This document shows, piece after piece, positions 56,807 through 64,000 of a stretch of 64,000 bases of DNA. The first letter of the stretch is position 1. The number at the start of each line of letters is the position of its first letter. The position numbers and the translations under genes were made by a program. The notes beneath the pieces were generated by a model that was given only the letters and a program-made list of their open reading frames with translations, did no database searches and was not told where the DNA came from. Source of the DNA: Callorhinchus milii (Eukaryota); NCBI RefSeq assembly GCF_018977255.1, contig NW_024704771.1, positions 1,984,001 through 2,048,000 on the forward strand, given 5' to 3'.

Positions 56807-57647
56807 TGTTAGATTATAGAAGTTGTAGTCTAATAAGAATGAAATATTAAATGTAGTATAGGAAATAGTGACAGTCATGAGATAGGACACATCTAGTTTT
56901 CTTTGTTTCTAAAGGAGTACTCCAGACAGCCTTGGAAAAGGGCAGGGGGTCACCACTTATCAGTCAATAACAACAAGCCCACAGAGGTAACGGTCCAAGG
57001 TACCGGTCGACACAGGATCTCGGCCTAGCAATAAGTCTCTAGATTCTGACAGGGCCTCCCAAGCGACAGCAGGCAATCCTCAAGAATACCATTGATGAGC
57101 AAGTTGTTCAATATGGAGGAGCTTGGTACCATCCCGGTAGTATTGATGAGGGGCAGCCAGTCAATTGGGGGGAGTGTACTGACGATCCCACATACCAAGG
57201 TGATGAGCATCCGATACAGTCGAGACTGATTAAATCATTTTATTAAGACAGGACAAAGAAAAGTCCTTGAGAAGACTCAGACAGGATGGTACCAAGCCAA
57301 ATGACTGATTAACCTGAGTAAGTGACTGTATCAGAAGTGGGTAGAGGGGCCCGAGGAAGGACACTTGGAGAAAGGGTATAACTATCGCACCTCTAGGTGA
57401 GAATGGTTAGAAGTGCAGGAAGGCTCCAGAGAGAGAGAGACGAGTGTGGAGAGGTCCCTTTAAGGATTACAAGGAAGATGTTCCATGATGTTGTGTGACT
57501 GTCTTCAAAGACTGGTAGTATAATTTGTTGGAAATTTGTAGTAACTTATTAATGCATGTTGTGTTCACTCTGTTCATAATAAACCTTGCTACACCATATT
57601 TGGATCGTCGAGTCATATTTCGAACTATGGGATCGGAAATCCCAACA
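56807..57647 (+). mobile_element. Solo LTR (Gypsy- or ERV-type), 841 bp
   Basis: TGTTAG...CCAACA termini; 4-bp TSD CAAT (56803-56806 and 57648-57651); AATAAA at 57578; interrupts an L2 3' UTR whose uninterrupted counterpart is at about 24050-24100. Confidence 0.85.
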
Positions 57648-58180
57648 CAATGGTGGGGCGGGAAGTGTGGGGGTCCTGAAGCAGACTGGGGAATGCCGAG
57701 CGGAGGGAACGGACAGCCTTATGGGGTTAGGAGGTCGGAGAGGTAGGAGGGGAGCAGGACCACAGAGGGCTTTGATGGTAACAACGATGGTTTTGTACTG
57801 GATTCTCTGAGGGATGGGGAGCCAGTGAAGCCGGGCAAGAACGAGGGTGATAGGTTCTCGGACCTCGGTGCGGGAGAGGACACGAGCTGTGTTCAAAAGG
57901 TGCTGTAATATTCTGATGGAGGGAAGTCTTGAGTTTAAATCCTCCAGAAGCAAAACAGTCACAATCAGCTTATGCTGGAAAGTGAACTTTCAACCACATC
58001 CTTTGAATATAAACATCCAGTAACCATGACAGTGATTACTCACTTCGTGGAAATCCTTACTGCTGAGCTGGTAGAGAGAGAGAGAGAGACAGCAAGAGCG
58101 AACACGAGAGAGCGAGCGCGGGGGAGGGAGCGAGGGAAGTGATTCGGGCTGCCCTACATTGCCCACAGTTAATGCCCAGC

Positions 58181-58247
58181 ATGGATAGAGATAGATTAAG
58201 AATCCCTTCGCTGCTATCCTCACTTCTCATCCTTTCTTCACTACCTG
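58181..58247 (+). CDS. IgSF gene leader (signal peptide) exon
   Basis: agcATGG Kozak context; hydrophobic core; CCTG|gtgagt phase-1 donor. Confidence 0.75.
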
Positions 58248-61200
58248 GTGAGTTTGTGGCAAAGAATCTAGAATGCGTTGTCACTTGAACTGGGGAGAGG
58301 GAGTGTACGGGCAAGTGTTTTAAAGGTCGTTGATCTCTCCTGAATACCCTTGTGAAGTTCTAGCAAGACTTGTGGAGTCCTGCAGGTCAGTGGTTAGAGC
58401 ACTCGATGTTTCCTTGCTCCACACACATGCTTCAGGAAGCATTTTCGGGAGAAAGCGTGACTCGGCCTGTGTCGGCTTCAGGGGCTAACCCGGGATATAT
58501 CCAGCCTTTGGTTTCCACAAAGTCAGTAATCGCTGTCACGGTTTCTGGATGTTGACCTAACAGTAAGGAGGAACATGGTTGTTAGTCGATTGGTTGAAAG
58601 CGTATCTCTTTTCCTGGCGTAAATTTTAAAAAAATTAATACATTAAAAAAATTTGGGCACTTAATCCACTGTTTCATTAATTATTCGATTGATTATTCAA
58701 TTAATATTATTAATTAAGACTATTCGACCGTGCTTTCGATCAACTTGCTTCCCCCCTGCCCTCCACCCTCCCCGATCCTGACCCCCAGCTCAGATCTGAA
58801 ACTCTGACTGTCCAGCGCCTTGGGACGTCCTCCCAACGTGAAAGGCACTTCACACATGTAATATTGTTGTTGTTGTTGTGGGACACTGCTGTGCGCAATT
58901 GGCTGCCGCATTTCATCCACAAAATGCAGTCACTTCGATTTACAGCATATTCTGTGAAGTGCGGCCCGAGGGCACGATAAGGCGCTGTATCAAATGTAAA
59001 GATTGTGATATTATTATTATAAATGTTTCTTTGTGATTTTCGACAGCCCATGTCAGCGCTCTTAAAGTGACGGCGTGCCAGAGCACAGTGACCAGATTCG
59101 TGAACCAGGACTCCGTGCTCCCCGTGCTTTACGAGGCACCGAACAGCTCGGGATTCCTGCGGATACAGTGGAAATTTTTATCACGATATAGGACGGAGAT
59201 AGTGATGACCCACAGTTTGCCAGATACGGCTCAGACCAAAGGCTGGATAAAACCCTTGTTTGTCCCTGACACCTACACAGGCAGAGTCACACTTTCTCCC
59301 GAAAATGCTTCCTTGTTTATCCGTGACCTGAGGCTGAACGACACCGGGATGTATCGGGTCACAGTGACGGATTCAAAGAAAGAATCTCAAGCGTACGTCA
59401 ACCTCACAGTCATCTCCCAACAAGGTAAATTGGGGAGTGCATGTTGTAATAATGACAATAATAATCCTTGCATTTGATAACAGCGTCTTATCATGTCTTC
59501 GAGACGTCTCAAAGCACTTCACAGAATAGACTGTAAACACTGTGTATTTTGTGGATGAAACGCAACAGCCAATTGCACACAGCAGCGTCCCACAGTCGTG
59601 GATTGAGTGACCAATTTTTTTTATTATTATTTTCTTTTGAAGGAATTATTACCCCCAGAAAAGCAATCTGCCAATCAACTAACAACTTGGTTCCTCCTGT
59701 TAGTTAACAGAGGCGTGTGTGTGGAGTAAGGAAACTTGCCCAATGTTTCTCCCTGCCGGGAATCAAATTGGGGGGAGGCCAGGCAGGGGGTGTGGAGCAG
59801 GCCGGAGCCCGCTTAGTGGGGGGAGCGGACAAGACAATACGGTGTTAGCAGGTTACAGAGGGAGGGAGGAGCAAGGCCGGGGAGGACTTTGAAGGTGAGG
59901 ACCACGTTTTAAACTTGATCCTGTGGGGGATGGGGAACCAGTGGAGCCGGGGTGAAGATAGGATTAATGGGGTCGAGAAGCCTGGTGCGGGAGAGGACAC
60001 AAGCTGCAGAGTTCTGGATGATCTGCAGCTTGTGGAGGGAAGAGTTGAGAAGGACAACAAGCAGGGAGTTGGTGTAGTCGAGCCTGGATGTTATAAGCGG
60101 TGTAACAGTGGTGTAACCTTCCTGTGTTTTCCTCCAGTGACCAGCGCTCCTACAACAGATAGTGGGGAGTCAAGACTGGTGATAAATGAGACAGCCAGCT
60201 TCGTCACGGCTGGTATTGCCCTCCTCTGCCTCTCAATACTCAGTTTGTTTCTCTTCTGCCTCAGAAGACGACGAAAAGGTGAGTTTGGTTATTAATTAAA
60301 AAATTATAATCAAATAATAATAACGATAATCCTTGCATTTGATATAGCACCTTATCACGTCTTCGAGACGTCTCAAAGCGCTTCACCGAATATCCTGCAA
60401 AGTGAATTGACTGTATATTTGTGGGCGAAATGTGGCAGCCAATTGTGCACAGCAGCGTCCCACAAACAGTCACAGATTGAGTGACCAAATTGTTATTTTT
60501 TTTCTTGAGCGATTATTATCAAACGTGCGGAGTAAGGAAACTTGCAGGCTTTTGCTCTGCCGGAAAACAAATCCAGGTCTCTTGCTTGCAAGGGGAGTGC
60601 TCTAACCACTGAGCTACGGGACTCCAAACAGGACATACATGAACCTCTTTGTTGGGGGTATTGAAACAAGAAAAGGTCAATTGTAGGGAAACTCAGAGGC
60701 CCCTTTCGATACAAAGGGGTTTGGAGATTCCACTCAACAATCTTTAGCTCACAAAGGGGAAACACTCAGGACTGTGACCATAGAGCCACGGTTCTGGTGA
60801 CCCAGATTTGTGTTCAGTGCCTGAATTTGTCACATAAATCGGGAACAACAATTCAAGCCAGATGTTTCCAATTGAAGCACTGTAAATTCTCCTCAAATGT
60901 CCCAGACAAGCCCTGAACCAAGCAAGTCAACAGTCACAGGCAAATAGAGAAGTTCTCATTTATCAAACTAATCTTCTCTAAATTCTTATCAGATCCCATT
61001 ACAGCAATTAGATTATATAAATATACAACTGGCCTCACTTATTCATGAATCTTCAACTGTGTGACTTCATTCACTAAACAAAGTCCAAGCGTCTGACTAT
61101 AGATATCCCACATTCCGTTTGATGGCTTCTGTTTGTGAATCCTCTCACAGCCACCAGCTCTGCTGAGCTGTGTCAGTCACACATCCCCACTTATGAGCGC

Positions 61201-62213
61201 AGAAAATGACTCCGCAAACGATCAATGCCTAAAGACAGTAACCTAAAGATGCCTAAAGATAGTAACAGTAACAATAATCCTTGTACTTGATATAGCACCT
61301 GATCATCACTCCTGATGTCCTGGCCAATAGTCCCCCAAATTAAATCTCTATGGTTGCTTGTGGGATATTGCTGTAATAATAATAATAATAATGATAATCA
61401 TAATCCTTGCATTTGAAATGGCGCCTTATCACATCTTCGAGATGTCTCAAAGCGCTTCACAGATAATACTGTAAAGTGAATAAACTGTGTATTTTGTTGG
61501 CAAAACGCGGCAGCCAAATTGTGCACAGCAGCGTCCCACAAACAGTTGTGGATTGAGTAACCACATTTTTTTGCAAGGGATTGTTACCCACGGTAAAGCA
61601 ATCCGCCAATCGACTAATAATTGGGTTCCTACTTAATAACTATAATAATAATAATCCTTGCATTTGGTGTTGCAAATTTCACGTCAGGAGGACGTCTCAA
61701 AACACTTACAGAATTTACCAGAATGCGCAGTGACTGTGTATTTTGTAGGCATGGAGTGAATGACCAATCTGCTGATTGTTGGCCAGGACACTGGGAGAAA
61801 CTCCCTATTCTTTTCGAATAGTGCCGTGGGTTCTTTAACGTCCAACTGAATGTTTGTGAAGCGCTCCTACATGATGGCCAGGCCAAATAAACACTCAATC
61901 CATCACTGTTTGCGGGACACTGCTGTGCGGAATTGGCTGCCCTGCTTTTCCCACAAAATATGCAGTCAATCCACTGCTCGAGAAGAGATGGGAGTTTCTG
62001 GTGTTGGGTGACTGGAGGCAGTGCCTTGAGACATCATGGCAGTGGGGTTAAAATCTATATCAAACGCAAAGAAAAAGAACAAAAAAAAAGCAATCAAAAT
62101 GTTCTGTCTCTTGTCCCAAACGTACAGCCTCTCATCTCGCCCCGTCAGTCTGCTCTACAGTAGATGGGAATTCGACGGCAAAGACAGACACTTGCACGTG
62201 CTCACTAACCCGG
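58181..62213 (+). CDS. Single Ig V-domain type I membrane protein (CD2/SLAM/CEACAM/HepaCAM-like), 3' end unresolved: join(58181..58247,59047..59424,60138..60278,62161..62213)
   Basis: Leader exon MDRDRLRIPSLLSSLLILSSLP. V exon with WKF (C strand), GRVTLSPENASLFIRDLRLNDTGMYRVTV and no B/F-strand Cys. TM exon FVTAGIALLCLSILSLFLFCL-RRRRK. Phase-1 junctions as expected for the Ig superfamily. Confidence 0.85.
59047..59424 (+). CDS. IgSF gene V-domain exon
   Basis: ttttcgacag|CCCATG ... CAACAAG|gtaaat; open 378 bp; DTGxY motif; four N-glycosylation sequons. Confidence 0.92.
59770..60100 (-). mobile_element. L2 3' fragment in an IgSF gene intron
   Basis: Reverse-strand LQIIQNSAA / LHWFPIPHRIKFK motifs. 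Confidence 0.65.
60138..60278 (+). CDS. IgSF gene stalk and transmembrane exon
   Basis: ttttcctccag|TGACC ... CGAAAAG|gtgagt; Ser/Thr stalk, 21-aa hydrophobic segment, RRRRK stop-transfer. Confidence 0.88.
60312..60626 (-). mobile_element. tRNA-derived SINE
   Basis: Family consensus; immediately after the TM exon. Confidence 0.75.
62161..62213 (+). CDS. Putative cytoplasmic exon of the IgSF gene (VDGNSTAKTDTCTCSLTR)
   Basis: gtctgctctacag|TAGATG ... ACCCGG|gtaagt; strong splice sites; open in the phase-1 frame. Confidence 0.6.
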
Positions 62214-62334
62214 GTAAGTGAACAGTCAGAAGCTTCAGACAAACAGCCATTATTGTAAGCCCCATCATCCGTGGCCGGTGTCAACTGTGACACATGATGG
62301 GGCTTACAATAATGGAGGGAATTGACAAGTATGT

Positions 62335-62566
62335 TCCCGTGTTCCTATGTAACAATATTTCTGTGTTTCCGTGTTTCTATGTACCTATGTTTCCGTGTTC
62401 CCATGTTCCTATGTACATGTTTCTGTGTTCCCGTGTTCCTATATACATATGTTTCTGTGTTCCCGTGTTCCTATGTATATATGTTTCTGTGTTCCTGTGT
62501 TCCTATGTACATGTTTTGGTGTTCCCGTGTTCCTATATACATATGTTTCTGTGTTCCCGTGTTCCG
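62335..62566. repeat. Degenerate tandem repeat (tgtttctgtgttcccgtgttcctat...)
   Basis: Seen directly. Confidence 0.9.
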
Positions 62567-64000
62567 GTTGTCAGTCAGGGTAATAATTCTTTCAAAAGTA
62601 AATAATAATAATAAACAAAAAATTGGTCGCTCAATCCACAACTGTTTGTGGGATGCTGCTGTGCGCAATTGGCTGCCGTATTTTTCCCACAAAATACACA
62701 GTTAATTCACTTTACAGTATATCCTGTGAAGCGCTTTGAGACATCTCGAAGACGTGATAAAAAGCTGTATCAAATGCAAGGATTATTATTATTATGTCTT
62801 CACCCCTTGGATGGCTAGGATGGGTATTGCAGGACATTCGAATGAGGAATGTGATTTGCCCTCGCAAAAAGGAAGTGGAGATACAGGAATACAGAGCTCA
62901 CTTGAGCACATGGTCACCAGGCTCAAGTGAGCTCTGTAGAATAAAAACCCTTATTATTATATTAAGTTTACTTTTTGAAGGGATTATTAACCCCGGAAAA
63001 GAGATCCACCAACCAACTAACAACCAGGTTCCTACTTACTGCCGGGTAAACAGAGGCTCGTGTGTGTGGAGTAAGGAAACTCACCCAAGGTTTTGCCCTG
63101 CCCGGAATTAGGCGAGTGCTCTAACCACTGAGCTCTACTTGTTCGAGTTTCAGCTCCATATTGTCCTTTGACAATTTAGGGGCCGAGAGGGTTTGGGGGA
63201 GAGGGGGATTGGGGCTTGACTGCGGGGAAAATCTTTCATACTCCACAGAATATGGTGCTCTCAAAGTGAAAAGTGTTTTGGTCTAATTCGGTTAATGGAG
63301 GTTGATGAAGAACTAACCTCGCTCACCAATAACAAAAGTATTGTGAATGACATTTTGATGTGGTGAGGTGCTATCAGATCGCAAGTTTCTTCTTTCTCTC
63401 AACCTGGCTTGCAAGGGAAGTGAGTGAGGAAAAAACAACTCAAAATGTTTCTGCTGAGCTTTTGAGAGCCGAATGTTTCCATTGACACAGGAAAGAATAC
63501 TCCAGCAGCAAAGGTCTTGATCATCTCATATATTCAGCTGCTGTCAGCAGAACACAGCGAGTGAGCGAGCGAGTTCTCCTTTCCATTGTTAACCAACCAA
63601 CTAATCAACCACATTGGCTTTAGTGTCAAACCACTTTCATGTTTGGTTTCTTTTCAATTGTCAGCTTTTACATTGAAACGCAAAACACTTGGGTTTATAT
63701 AGCTCCTTATCACGTCGAAACATCTCCATGTATCACATGTAACATTAACCGTTTATCTTCCGAGGGGTGGGGGGGGGGAGGGGAGGGCGCGGGGGTTAAA
63801 CGAGGTGACTGTGGAGCTGAACTGCCCCAAGGTGACAGGCCGTCGCAATGGAATGTGGGAATTGAACCAGTCTCCAGTCTGGTTCCTGAGCCAGACAGGT
63901 CCGTGGTATTCCAGGTCACTGCTGATGGCAGCACAGCCTTGGCTCATCAGCAAAACCTGGAAGAGCAAACCAGTCACTGGGGGCAGGGAATCATCTCACT

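Noticed and set aside
63263-63274. ISRE-like aaagtgaaaagt near the window end
   Set aside because: Isolated short motif with no associated exon visible within the window

Overview
Vertebrate genomic DNA, most consistent with a cartilaginous fish (inferred from Deu-domain SINE remnants, abundant L2/CR1 fragments and a dense tRNA-derived SINE), from the extended MHC class III region. Three intact-looking plus-strand spliced genes were assembled by hand from GT-AG boundaries and codon phase. (1) The 3' seven coding exons of EGFL8 (706-9821; 5' exons lie outside the window). (2) A complete 6-exon RNF5 (32799-52911, 191 aa). (3) A single Ig V-domain type I membrane protein of CD2/SLAM/CEACAM/HepaCAM type that lacks the canonical disulfide (58181 to at least 62213). 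Between EGFL8 and RNF5, where mammals carry AGPAT1 on the opposite strand, no intact gene is visible. Instead there are frameshifted minus-strand AGPAT1-like exon relics (clearest at 21525-21653, also 23811-23893), and one relic is duplicated on the far side of RNF5 (56426-56535). Other notable items: a solo LTR with a 4-bp TSD about 0.5 kb upstream of the Ig gene, a candidate CD4/CD8-like cytoplasmic CxC motif in that receptor, an inverted copy of part of an EGFL8 exon in an upstream intron, and a SINE/L2 shared 3' stem-loop. Family assignments rest on recalled protein and repeat sequences, not database searches. Repeat boundaries are approximate.
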